64,000 nt of DNA from Oscillospiraceae bacterium (GTDB taxonomy: Bacteria; Bacillota; Clostridia; Oscillospirales; Ruminococcaceae): the NCBI GenBank assembly GCA_045541055.1, contig JAZQIL010000183.1, positions 4,878 to 68,877 on the forward strand, written 5' to 3'. The notes beneath the pieces are model-generated. The model ran no database searches and was not told where the DNA came from. It was given only the letters and a program-made list of their open reading frames with translations. Shown in pieces: positions 53,130 through 62,519 of the stretch (positions are counted from its first letter, which is position 1; every line of letters starts with the position of its first letter). The position numbers were made by a program, and so were the translations under genes.

Positions 53130-54029
53130 TTACTTTTTCTTTCTCTGTACAGCAACACCTGCAAGCAATGCAACGGCTGCTGCACCTGCTACAGCTGGGA
53201 TATTTGCAGAATCAGCAGTTTTCGGGGATTCTGTTTTACCAGTTTCTGTTTTCTTCGCTGTAGTTGTTTCCTGTTTTTTCGTAGTAGATTTCGTAGTTGC
53301 TGTAGTAGCTTTTGTTTCTTCGGGCTTCATGCCGTTCAGGTAAACTGTTCTTTCAGCCCATGCGCCCTTTTCGCCGTCTTTCAAGGCTCTGACTTTCACA
53401 GTTGCTTTGAGGGGGTCTTTGCCGAAATCAAACTGGAAAGCAGTTTTTGTAGTAGACGGGATAGAAGTAGAAGTTGCCTTTCCATTGGAAGGGGTCTGAA
53501 CTAACTGAATTTCGTAGCCAGTCGCACCTTCTACAGCAGTCCATGAAATCACGGCACTGGAAGAACTTTCACCGTTTGTGACGATAAAATCACCTAATTT
53601 CGGAACAGCAATGTTTTTGTTAATGGATTCGGCAGTAGTAGCAGCAGTTTCCTTTTCTGTTGTAGTAGTAGCAGTTTCTGACGCACTAGATGCACTTTCT
53701 GCTGTTGTCTGTGTACCTTCAGTAGAGACAATTGTTTCAGGAGCAACAGTAGCAGGAGCGGCTGTTTCTACAGGAGCGGCTGTTTCCACAGGAGCAGTTG
53801 TTTCCACAGGAGCGGCTGTTTCCACAGGAGCAGCTGTTTCCACAGGAGCAGGAGCTTCTGTTTCAACCGGTGCAGGAGCTTCTGTTTCAACTGGTGCAGG
53901 AGCTTCTGTTTCAACTACTACAGGTTCTTGTTCAGAATTTTCTGTATCTTCTGCATTTACAGAAATTGCTGTCATACTTGCAGCCATAGCCAATGCCATT
54001 AAAGCAGATGTAATCTTTTTATAAGTCAT
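53130..54029 (-). CDS. Cell-surface protein: signal peptide, Ala/Pro/Glu/Thr repeats, FN3-like domain, C-terminal sorting-signal-like tail
   Basis: MTYKKITSALMALAMAASMTAISVNA, then ETEAPAPV x3 and ETAAPV repeats. AVISWTAVEGATGYEIQL is FN3-like. The C-terminus reads SPKTAD-hydrophobic stretch-QRKKK. ATG at 54029 after GAAGGAGG. Confidence 0.75.
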   Translation of the reverse strand: MTYKKITSALMALAMAASMTAISVNAEDTENSEQEPVVVETEAPAPVETEAPAPVETEAPAPVETAAPVETAAPVETTAPVETAAPVETAAPATVAPETIVSTEGTQTTAESASSASETATTTTEKETAATTAESINKNIAVPKLGDFIVTNGESSSSAVISWTAVEGATGYEIQLVQTPSNGKATSTSIPSTTKTAFQFDFGKDPLKATVKVRALKDGEKGAWAERTVYLNGMKPEETKATTATTKSTTKKQETTTAKKTETGKTESPKTADSANIPAVAGAAAVALLAGVAVQRKKK

Positions 54030-54214
54030 AAGAAATCCTCCTTCTGTTATGCATACGACCAAAATAAAAAGCTTTCGTATGTTTACATAATATTATAGCA
54101 AACTCAAATCCAAATTACAAGACCTTTTTTATGAACATTCTTAAAATATTAAAAAAATTGTCGCTTATGCATAAAATTTCATTTGAAAATTCTACATATT
54201 TCATAAAAAAATTT

Positions 54215-55129
54215 TTATAACCGCTCGTATAAAATCATCATTAAGGGCATTGTTCCAATGGAAAAAAGCGTTGTCACTCCAAACAATTCCGATGCATAAG
54301 CCGCATTTCTGTGATAATTCAAGCACTGCATTGTACAAATTGCAGCACTTGGCGCAGCTGCTGCCGCTAACACTGTCATTTCCACTGTCTTTTCAAACGG
54401 GAATGCTTGAAACGCTAAAATTGTCAATACAGGAATTAACAGCAGTTTCAGAAAGCAAATATAAAATACTCTCGGCTTTTGAAATACTTTTAATAAATCT
54501 GTCTGTATAATAGTTGCGCCAGCTACAATCATTGCAAGCGGTGTGTTCAGACTGCCGATTTCTTTTAATGTTTCAGCCAGTACTTCCGGCAAGGTGATGC
54601 CTGCAAAAAATAATATCATTCCCAGAAAAATGGCAATAATCGCCGGTGAACGCAATACTTTTCCTAATGATTTCAAAGATTTCTCTCCTGACATCTGCAT
54701 AACACCGTGTGACCATACTAATGTATTGAATACTGTCAGAAATGCCGTTAAATAAAATACCCCTTCATAACCAAACATCGCCTGTACTAACGGAATTCCC
54801 ATAAATCCACAATTTGAATAAATACAGGAAAACCGTTCTATTACAGTTTCTCTGCCTTCTTTGTCCCGTATGCAAAGATATGCAATCAGCATGGCAATGA
54901 TGTATGCTGTAACAGATAAAATAAATGTGAATCCTAAATTTCTGACTAAATCCTCCCTGAATTCCCTCTGATAAGCCATTAAAATTACTATTGGATTTAC
55001 GACTTTCAAGACGAATCCTGAAATCTGACTGACTGTTTCTTTTGATAGCAATTTCAATTTGAAGCATAACGCCCCTACCAAAATCAGAATAAACATGATA
55101 ATTGCCTGATGTAATACAATTTCTGCCAT
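54215..55129 (-). CDS. AEC-family (auxin efflux carrier-like) transporter
   Basis: 304-aa polytopic membrane protein whose N- and C-terminal halves are typical of AEC permeases. Confidence 0.75.
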   Translation of the reverse strand: MAEIVLHQAIIMFILILVGALCFKLKLLSKETVSQISGFVLKVVNPIVILMAYQREFREDLVRNLGFTFILSVTAYIIAMLIAYLCIRDKEGRETVIERFSCIYSNCGFMGIPLVQAMFGYEGVFYLTAFLTVFNTLVWSHGVMQMSGEKSLKSLGKVLRSPAIIAIFLGMILFFAGITLPEVLAETLKEIGSLNTPLAMIVAGATIIQTDLLKVFQKPRVFYICFLKLLLIPVLTILAFQAFPFEKTVEMTVLAAAAAPSAAICTMQCLNYHRNAAYASELFGVTTLFSIGTMPLMMILYERL

Positions 55130-55491
55130 ATGAAAAACACCTCATGTTACATGATACCACACCTCTAAAAAAAACGCAATTGACAAATTTCACAAAAAAG
55201 AAACAGCAAAAACTATGCTGAACTTTTCCGAAATTTATTTCAGAAAAATGAATTTTTTATGAATGAGTGCAAAATTTTACTATTTTTATCAAAAAAATGA
55301 TATTATTTTATGCTTCTTTCTGGTATAATCATAACTGTAAACAGAGAATTTTCATAACATTCCCCTGAAAATTTCTTCATATAAGCCGCATTAGAAGCAA
55401 TGTCAGATAACTGCCCCTTTACATCTGGCAGGCTTCTTTTGCCATACATAGAAAAAACTGCATTTTGTCCACCAATTATGCATAATATGAG

Positions 55492-55520
55492 TTGATTTCC
55501 CTTACATAATAAAGTATAAT
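55492..55520 (+). promoter_or_regulatory. Sigma-A-type promoter of the xylanase gene
   Basis: TTGATT (55492-55497), 17-nt spacer, TATAAT (55515-55520). Confidence 0.5.
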
Positions 55521-55588
55521 ATGTATAATTTGTGAATAAGTAATGTACGAGTTTTTATATTTTATTTTTAACAATAGGAGGGTTCTCT

Positions 55589-58500
55589 ATGAAATTTAAG
55601 AAAATTTTAGCTGGAATGACTGCTTTACTGTGCTGTACCGGCGCATTGGCTTTCTTCCCTGAATTTACTGAAACCGCTCAGGCCAAAGAAGTTGTAAATA
55701 ATGATTTTGAAATCAGCTATGGCGGCTGGTATGCAAATGAAGATTATATGAATCTTGAAGCTGTCGAACATGCTGGTGTTGACGCTTCTCGTGGTATGCT
55801 CGTAACAGGCCGTCAGAAAGTTTCCGATGGTGCAAGCTCTTCCAAAGGTCTCTATTTATACGGCGGTGTGAATTATCACTACTCTGTGAAAGTGTTCAGC
55901 GAACAAGCTGAAAATTTTAAGCTTTCCCTGTTATGCATCGATGAAAATACCGGTGAAGAAACTGTTACAGAATTAGCTGCTGTTTCTTCCAATGCAGGCG
56001 AATGGACAGAACTTTCCGCTGATTTTAAAGCTCCTAAAAACAGCTATGAATTTAAATTAACCATTACTGCTGACAGTACAAATGATTTCATGTTCGATAA
56101 TGTACAGATTTCTTCTGAAGATTATGAAAGTTTAACTGCTGTTGCTGCTACAACTGAAGCAGGCTTGAAAGACAAGTTTGGAAACTATTTCAGAGTTGGT
56201 AATATTCTCAACGGCGGTACTGTCAAAAATAGTGCTATTATCGCTAATATTCTGAAAGACTGCAATTCCGTGGAATGCGAAAATGAAACAAAACCAGATG
56301 CTACTTTAAACCGCTCTCAGTGCAATGGAACAAATATTGCAGTTTCTTTAAACAGTGCAGCTGCGATTATGGACTTCTGCTCACAGAATGGCATTGGTAT
56401 GAGAGGACATACTTTTGTATGGCACAGCCAGACCCCCGGCTGGTTCTTTAAAGAAAATTTCAGCGATAACGGAAACTGGGTTGACAAAAATACAATGGAT
56501 GCCCGTATGGAAAGCTATATCAAAAACATGTTCGGCGCAATTAAAACACAGTATCCGAATCTGGATTTGTACGCTTATGACGTTTGTAACGAATGCGTTT
56601 CTGACAATGACCAGAGAACCGCCAACAACGGCGGCGCAAGAGAACCCGGCGACAATAACGTAGAAGGCGGTAAATCTGCTTGGGTACAAGTTTATGGTGA
56701 TAACAGCTTTGTGGAAAAAGCGTTTACTTATGCAAGAAAATATGCTCCTGCTGGCTGTGACTTGTATTATAATGACTACAACGAATACTGGGACCATAAA
56801 AGAGATTGCATTTATAATATGTGTAAATCTCTTTACCAGAAAGGCTTATTGGACGGCGTTGGTATGCAGTCCCATGTACCTGCAAATGCTACTGGTTTCG
56901 CCGGAACAGATTCCTATATTGAAGCAATGCATAAATATTTATCTATCGGCTGTGATGTCCAGATTACAGAGTTAGATATTTCCCTCGAAAACGGCAAATA
57001 CAGTCTGCAAGACCAGGCAAACAAGTATAAAGCCATTTTCCAAGCTGCTATGGACTGGAATGCAAATCCCAAATCTGACGGCCGTGTGACTGCTGTCTGC
57101 ATCTGGGGTCCTAATGATGCAAACTCTTGGCTGAAAGCTGGCTCTGATGCATTACTTTATGATAAAAATAATCAGCCTAAATTAGCATATACTACTTTAA
57201 TGAACATGGAAGTAGACGGAAGCACATCTGTAGAAGTAAAACCTGTTGAGCCTAATCAGTATGGCTGGTATTTTGCTGACGGATTTGAAGGCGATTTATG
57301 CGACTGGCAAGGTAGAGGCGCAGCAGATGTTTTAACAAGCGGAAGAACTGCTTTTGTGGGAAATGAATCTTTATTAGTAGAAAATCGTACTGCTGCTTGG
57401 AACGGTGCAGCTAAATCTTTAAGCCCGAGAGTTTTCGTTCCGGGTAATGAATACAGTTTCAGTGCAATTGTCAGCTATTTTGACGGCGACCCCACAGATA
57501 CATTCTATCTGAAATTACAGTATACTGATGCTAACGGCGATACACAATACGCTACTGTAGCAGAAGGCACTGGTGTACAGGGCAAATGGGTTCAGCTTGC
57601 AAATACAAATTATTTAATTCCTTCTGATGCTTCCAATATGCAGCTTTATGTTGAAACTGCTGAAACAACAAATAATTTCTATATTGATGAAGTCATTGGT
57701 GCAGTTGCCGGAACTGGAATTAAAGGTCCTGACCCTGTAGAAATTCCTTCTGCAACAGAAGCCGTTACACCTTCCGGAGACTCCCATAAAGGTGATGTCA
57801 ATCATGATGGTGTTATCAACGTTTATGATTTAATCCTTGCAAAACGTGCATTGCTTAAAGGCGAAAATAATGCTGCTGCTGATGTTGACGAAAGCGGTAA
57901 ACTTGAAGTCGCTGATATTGTTCAGATTCAGAAATTCCTGCTTGGTCAAATTAAAACTTTCACTGTTGTGGAAAAACCTGTGAATCAGGTAGATACTGCT
58001 AAAATGGCACAGTTATTCTCTTCTGTCAGCCCTGTGGCAAGCTACAAAAAAGACGGCGAAGGAAATCCGCTTTACACACAGCGTTTCGGTGCTGACCCTG
58101 GTGTTATGGAATATAACGGCCGTGTTTATGTTTACATGACAGATGACACTATTGAATATGATTCCAATGGTAAGGTAAAAGAAAATGGCTATGGCTTAAT
58201 TAACAGAATTAACTGCATTTCTTCTGATGATATGGTGAACTGGACTGACCATGGTGCAATTCCGGTCGCTGGTAAAAATGGCATTGCAAAATTTGCCAAT
58301 AATTCATGGGCTCCCTGTGCAGCTCACAAAACAATTAACGGAAAAGAAAAATTCTTCTTATACTTCTGCAACGGCGGAAATGGTGTATGCGTTCTGACAG
58401 CAGATTCTCCTACAGGTCCTTGGAGTGACCCGCTTGGAAAAGAATTAGTTACCAGAGCTGTTCCGAACTGCGGTAATATTCCGTGGCTGTTTGACCCAGC

Positions 58501-59395
58501 AGTATTTGTAGATAAAGACGGTACAGGCTATTTAACATTTGGCGGTGGTGTTCCGGACGGAAAACAGGCTATGCCTTCTACTACAAGAGTTGTAAAACTC
58601 AGCAGTGATATGATTCATTTAGACGGTACACCAGCTACAATTGATGCACCTTATGTATTTGAAGATTCCGGCATTAACAGAATCGGCAACAAATATTATT
58701 ATACTTACTGCTCCAACTGGAGTACAGGCGGTAATCAGTACGGCTTATCCAATGCAGGCATTCAATACATGGTATCTGATAATCCTCTTGGTCCGTACAC
58801 TTACGGCGGTGAATTCTTCAAGAATCAGGGTAATTTCTTCCCTGGCATGACTGGAAACAATCATCATTCTATCGTAGAATTAAATAATCAGCTGTATCTG
58901 TTCTATCATTCCCGCCCTGTAGAAAAAGCTATGGGCATTGACGGCAACTACAGAAGCCCTCAGGTTGATAAAATTACCATGAACGGCGATAAAATTGCTT
59001 CTGTCACAGGTACAATGGCTGGTATCGCTCAACTGAAAAAAGTAAATCCTTACGCTGTAAATCAGGCTGAAGCAATGTCTAATCAGTCCAAAGATATTTC
59101 TGTATTCGGTTTAGGTGATACTACTGTGAACTTCAAGAAGGGCAGCTGGATGAAAGTTTCCGGTGTAGACTTCTCCAAGGGCGCAAAAACTTTAACTATT
59201 AAAGCTTCTTCCACAAGCGGTGCAGCTGTGAAGGTTTGCACAAAGCTTACTGGTGATGCAGTCGCTTATGCTGAAATTCCTGCTGGTGGTATGACTGAAA
59301 TTTCCGTACCAGTAACAGGTTCTATCAGCGGAAGCAATGACTTATACTTCTTGTTCAGCGGAGACGCTGCATTTGATGCATGGTCTTTTTCATAA
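55589..59395 (+). CDS. Multidomain cellulosomal xylanase/arabinofuranosidase-type enzyme: CBM22-like, GH10, CBM22-like, dockerin, GH43, CBM6-like
   Basis: Signal peptide. GH10 motifs GHTFVWHSQTPGWF, YDVCNE and ITELDI. Internal dockerin GDVNHDGVINVYDLILAKRALL...VDESGKLEVADIVQIQKFLLG (about 57791-57950). GH43 motifs FGADPGVMEYNGRVYVY, WAPCA and FEDSGI. C-terminal CBM6-like module ending DAWSFS. Confidence 0.9.
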   Translation: MKFKKILAGMTALLCCTGALAFFPEFTETAQAKEVVNNDFEISYGGWYANEDYMNLEAVEHAGVDASRGMLVTGRQKVSDGASSSKGLYLYGGVNYHYSVKVFSEQAENFKLSLLCIDENTGEETVTELAAVSSNAGEWTELSADFKAPKNSYEFKLTITADSTNDFMFDNVQISSEDYESLTAVAATTEAGLKDKFGNYFRVGNILNGGTVKNSAIIANILKDCNSVECENETKPDATLNRSQCNGTNIAVSLNSAAAIMDFCSQNGIGMRGHTFVWHSQTPGWFFKENFSDNGNWVDKNTMDARMESYIKNMFGAIKTQYPNLDLYAYDVCNECVSDNDQRTANNGGAREPGDNNVEGGKSAWVQVYGDNSFVEKAFTYARKYAPAGCDLYYNDYNEYWDHKRDCIYNMCKSLYQKGLLDGVGMQSHVPANATGFAGTDSYIEAMHKYLSIGCDVQITELDISLENGKYSLQDQANKYKAIFQAAMDWNANPKSDGRVTAVCIWGPNDANSWLKAGSDALLYDKNNQPKLAYTTLMNMEVDGSTSVEVKPVEPNQYGWYFADGFEGDLCDWQGRGAADVLTSGRTAFVGNESLLVENRTAAWNGAAKSLSPRVFVPGNEYSFSAIVSYFDGDPTDTFYLKLQYTDANGDTQYATVAEGTGVQGKWVQLANTNYLIPSDASNMQLYVETAETTNNFYIDEVIGAVAGTGIKGPDPVEIPSATEAVTPSGDSHKGDVNHDGVINVYDLILAKRALLKGENNAAADVDESGKLEVADIVQIQKFLLGQIKTFTVVEKPVNQVDTAKMAQLFSSVSPVASYKKDGEGNPLYTQRFGADPGVMEYNGRVYVYMTDDTIEYDSNGKVKENGYGLINRINCISSDDMVNWTDHGAIPVAGKNGIAKFANNSWAPCAAHKTINGKEKFFLYFCNGGNGVCVLTADSPTGPWSDPLGKELVTRAVPNCGNIPWLFDPAVFVDKDGTGYLTFGGGVPDGKQAMPSTTRVVKLSSDMIHLDGTPATIDAPYVFEDSGINRIGNKYYYTYCSNWSTGGNQYGLSNAGIQYMVSDNPLGPYTYGGEFFKNQGNFFPGMTGNNHHSIVELNNQLYLFYHSRPVEKAMGIDGNYRSPQVDKITMNGDKIASVTGTMAGIAQLKKVNPYAVNQAEAMSNQSKDISVFGLGDTTVNFKKGSWMKVSGVDFSKGAKTLTIKASSTSGAAVKVCTKLTGDAVAYAEIPAGGMTEISVPVTGSISGSNDLYFLFSGDAAFDAWSFS

Positions 59396-59412
59396 GATAA
59401 CCTTTCTTAATT

Positions 59413-59447
59413 AAAAAATTCTCCTGAATCATTCAGGAGAATTTTTT
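59413..59447. terminator. Bidirectional intrinsic terminator between the xylanase and transglutaminase-like genes
   Basis: TTCTCCTGA/TCAGGAGAA hairpin flanked by an A-run and a T-run. Confidence 0.65.
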
Positions 59448-59448
59448 A

Positions 59449-60453
59449 TCATGTATTGACTTGAAATAAAATTCTTAAAATAAATAAATCTTCATCTGTC
59501 TGATACTGAAATGAACCGCCTTTTCTGCCGTTTTTGGCTTCAAAGATTTTGGCATTCCAGAACGCTTTCTTTTCAAAAAGGTCTTTCACAGCCGTCTGAA
59601 AAGATTTTTTATCATCAAACATCAGTTCTATTCTGCCGTCTTTCAAATGTGCTGTGAAAAGCTTGTCTATCTCAGAAAACTGATAATTTTTAAAATAAAG
59701 CTTATTTTTCACGAAATAATTTTCTTTCAGCGAGTGGCAGGCAGGTATGAACGCATCTGATTTAGAAAGTTTTCTGGTACGGAACAGAAGTTCATCATTG
59801 ATTAAAAAATAATTATGCTGTACCCACTTTTCAAAACCGTTGCTTCTGCCGTGATAAACAGGGTCGTCCCAAGTAACATCTATCCAGTAGTAAGACATAC
59901 CCAGTTTCACATAATTCCAAGCGTGAGACTCTTTTCGGGCGATTCCTGAACAGATGCCACATTCAATATGCAAATGCTTCATCAAAAGCTGAAAGGCTTT
60001 GGAGTAGCCTTCACAAACAGCTTTTCCCTCTGCAAGACAGCCATAAGCTGTATGCTGTAAAGTTTTATTTTTAGAAACCGGCTTCTGATAGTCCGTATGC
60101 AATACAAGATAATCATGCACTGCTAAAATTTTTTCATAAGCTGTAGGTTTATTGACTGTTTTCAGAACTGCCTGTACTTTTTGCTTTAATGTGTTCTGCA
60201 TTTTCCGGAGTGCGTCCTGACGGTAATGATTTAAAATTTTAAAAGTCACTTCTGCAAAAGTTTTGTTATAGCTGACAGAGTAGCCTTCCAGCCAGAAAAT
60301 TTCAGGATAATTTCTTTCCAGCATTTCAAAGGCACTGGAAATATTTTTAATATCTACTTTTTTCTGAAATGTAATCCCATTCTGAAACTGAGCAAGTGCC
60401 TGATAAAATTCTTCACATAATACTTGTACTTCCAAATTATTTTTAGAAATCAT
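59449..60453 (-). CDS. Transglutaminase-like (Cys-His-Asp core) protein without a signal peptide
   Basis: GKAVCEGYSKAFQLLM...ESHAWNYVKL...IDVTWDDP. AGGAGG RBS. Paralogue of the upstream gene. Confidence 0.75.
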   Translation of the reverse strand: MISKNNLEVQVLCEEFYQALAQFQNGITFQKKVDIKNISSAFEMLERNYPEIFWLEGYSVSYNKTFAEVTFKILNHYRQDALRKMQNTLKQKVQAVLKTVNKPTAYEKILAVHDYLVLHTDYQKPVSKNKTLQHTAYGCLAEGKAVCEGYSKAFQLLMKHLHIECGICSGIARKESHAWNYVKLGMSYYWIDVTWDDPVYHGRSNGFEKWVQHNYFLINDELLFRTRKLSKSDAFIPACHSLKENYFVKNKLYFKNYQFSEIDKLFTAHLKDGRIELMFDDKKSFQTAVKDLFEKKAFWNAKIFEAKNGRKGGSFQYQTDEDLFILRILFQVNT

Positions 60454-60464
60454 AAATCCTCCTG

Positions 60465-61631
60465 TTATGCATTGACGTTAAAATATAATCTCAAAATACA
60501 CATTTCGTCATCTGTCTGATAGTTAATTGTTCCGCCGGCTTCCTGAAAAACATCTGCTGTCCAGACGGTTTCACTTGTAAACAAGTCATTGATTGCCATT
60601 TCGTAAGCTTCTGGTGTGGAAAACATTACTTCAATTCTGCCTTCTTCCGCATGTTCAGACAGTCGGCTGTTAATTTCAGAAAAATAATACTGTGTCAGAT
60701 AATTCTGATTCTGAATGAAATAATTCTGTTCAAGTGAGTCGCAGATTGGCACAAAATCATTATTTTCATCAAATGTTCTGCTTCTGGAAAGCATTGCATC
60801 ATCTATTAAAAAATAATCATGATGAATCCAGTCATTATTATTTTCTGAAACAGGGTCGTCCCAAGTCACGTCCAGCCAATAATATTTCTGATTTAACTGA
60901 ATGTAATTCCATGCATGTGCTTCTCCTTTGGCATCGCCGGAACAAATGCCACATTCTATTCCCAGCCGGTTCATTAAAATCTGATAAGCCTGTGAATAGC
61001 CCTGACAGACAGCTGAACCGTTAATTAAACAGCCATAAGCAGTACTCCAGATACCTTTTCCCAGATTGACAGCAGACTGGTCATATTCTGTATTTGCTAC
61101 AAGATAATCATGAATGTATAATGCCTTTTCATAATCAGAACTGTTCTGGCTGATGGTACGGCAAATTTCTTCTGCTTTGGCAAACATTTCATCTGACATC
61201 TGCCGGAGTGTATCTGGATTATACTCGTTAATCACTTTAAACGTAATCTGTGCAGAAACGTCATTATATTGCAGGGAATAGCCGTTAATCCAGAAAATTT
61301 CAGGATGTGTCCGTTCAATTTTATTGACAGCAGCCGAAATTTCTTCTGTATCAATTTTCTTATGAAACTGGATAATATTATGAAACTGACTGAGTTCTGT
61401 ATAAATTTCATCATAAATGGAAAGTTCCGGAACAGTTTCTTTCACTTGAGGGAACGTTTCTTTATGTTTTGGAGCAGTATTTTTCATTTCTGAAACAGAA
61501 GCTTCCGTTTCAGAACCCATCGTTGCAGCAGGAACAGTATTTAAATCTGCTGTGTCATAGTTTTTATAGGAACATGCTGACAGCAGTATTGTCATACAAA
61601 ACGGAATTATCATAGCAGGCTTTTTTTTCAA
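60465..61631 (-). CDS. Transglutaminase-like lipoprotein
   Basis: GSAVCQGYSQAYQILM...EAHAWNYIQL...LDVTWDDP. A TTG at 61631 lies 9 nt after AGGAGG and gives (M)KKKPAMIIPFCMTILLSAC with a lipobox. The ORF-track ATG at 61724 has no RBS, and an ATG at 61613 is the alternative. Confidence 0.7.
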   Translation of the reverse strand: MKKKPAMIIPFCMTILLSACSYKNYDTADLNTVPAATMGSETEASVSEMKNTAPKHKETFPQVKETVPELSIYDEIYTELSQFHNIIQFHKKIDTEEISAAVNKIERTHPEIFWINGYSLQYNDVSAQITFKVINEYNPDTLRQMSDEMFAKAEEICRTISQNSSDYEKALYIHDYLVANTEYDQSAVNLGKGIWSTAYGCLINGSAVCQGYSQAYQILMNRLGIECGICSGDAKGEAHAWNYIQLNQKYYWLDVTWDDPVSENNNDWIHHDYFLIDDAMLSRSRTFDENNDFVPICDSLEQNYFIQNQNYLTQYYFSEINSRLSEHAEEGRIEVMFSTPEAYEMAINDLFTSETVWTADVFQEAGGTINYQTDDEMCILRLYFNVNA

Positions 61632-61780
61632 TTTGGTTTTCCTCCTGTCATAGATAAAAGCAATCACTACTGTTTTTAATATAACATATTTTTCAGCAAT
61701 TGTCAAGAGAATTTCAGACAGCATTTACAATGTGAAACATGTCTTTTTTTGTCGGATAAAGAAAACTTTTTCCGGAGTAC

Positions 61781-61809
61781 TTGCATTTTTTTTGAAGTCA
61801 TGCTATAAT
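61781..61809 (+). promoter_or_regulatory. Sigma-A-type promoter of pth-mfd
   Basis: TTGCAT (61781-61786), 17-nt spacer, TATAAT (61804-61809). Confidence 0.5.
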
Positions 61810-61881
61810 AATAGAAACAAAAGGCGGTGCTGAAACAAGTACCGTCTGAATCTGTTATGCCTGAAAGGAGTACTTGACAAT

Positions 61882-62505
61882 ATGGGAATCATGGAAATTT
61901 TTGCACAGCTGGAAAATCAAAAACACTCTGCCGGAAAGCCGGAATGGTTAATTGTCGGCTTAGGAAACCCCGGCATGGTCTACGAAACAACTCGTCATAA
62001 TGCCGGCTTTATGGCAATGGACTATTTAGCGAAACAGGAACAAATTGATATTAACCGTATGAAATTTAAATCTTACTGTACAGATGTGACTTTGGAAGGA
62101 AAACGCTGTCTGATTTTAAAGCCTCAGACTTACATGAATAACAGTGGTGAAGCGGTCGTACAGGCAATGCAGTTTTATAAGCTGGATATTCAGCATGTGA
62201 TTGTCGTATTTGATGATATTTCTCTTTCTGCCGGAAAGCTTAGAATCAGAAGAAAAGGCAGTGCCGGCGGTCATAACGGCATCAAAAGCATTATTGAATT
62301 AACCGGTTCAGAAGAATTCAGCAGAATTAAACTCGGTGTCGGTCAGAAACCTCATAAAAATATGAATCTCGCCGACTGGGTGTTAAGCAAATTCACAGAA
62401 CAGGAACTCCAAGAAATGCAAACAGCCTGCGCCCATGCTTATGAAGCTTTGAAACTTATGGTAAATGAGAAAACTGACCAAGCTATGAATTTATATAATG
62501 CCTGA
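61882..62505 (+). CDS. pth: Peptidyl-tRNA hydrolase
   Basis: WLIVGLGNPGMVYETTRHNAGF and GGHNGIKSI motifs. Confidence 0.93.
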   Translation: MGIMEIFAQLENQKHSAGKPEWLIVGLGNPGMVYETTRHNAGFMAMDYLAKQEQIDINRMKFKSYCTDVTLEGKRCLILKPQTYMNNSGEAVVQAMQFYKLDIQHVIVVFDDISLSAGKLRIRRKGSAGGHNGIKSIIELTGSEEFSRIKLGVGQKPHKNMNLADWVLSKFTEQELQEMQTACAHAYEALKLMVNEKTDQAMNLYNA

Positions 62506-62519
62506 CAGGAGCTGTAGCT

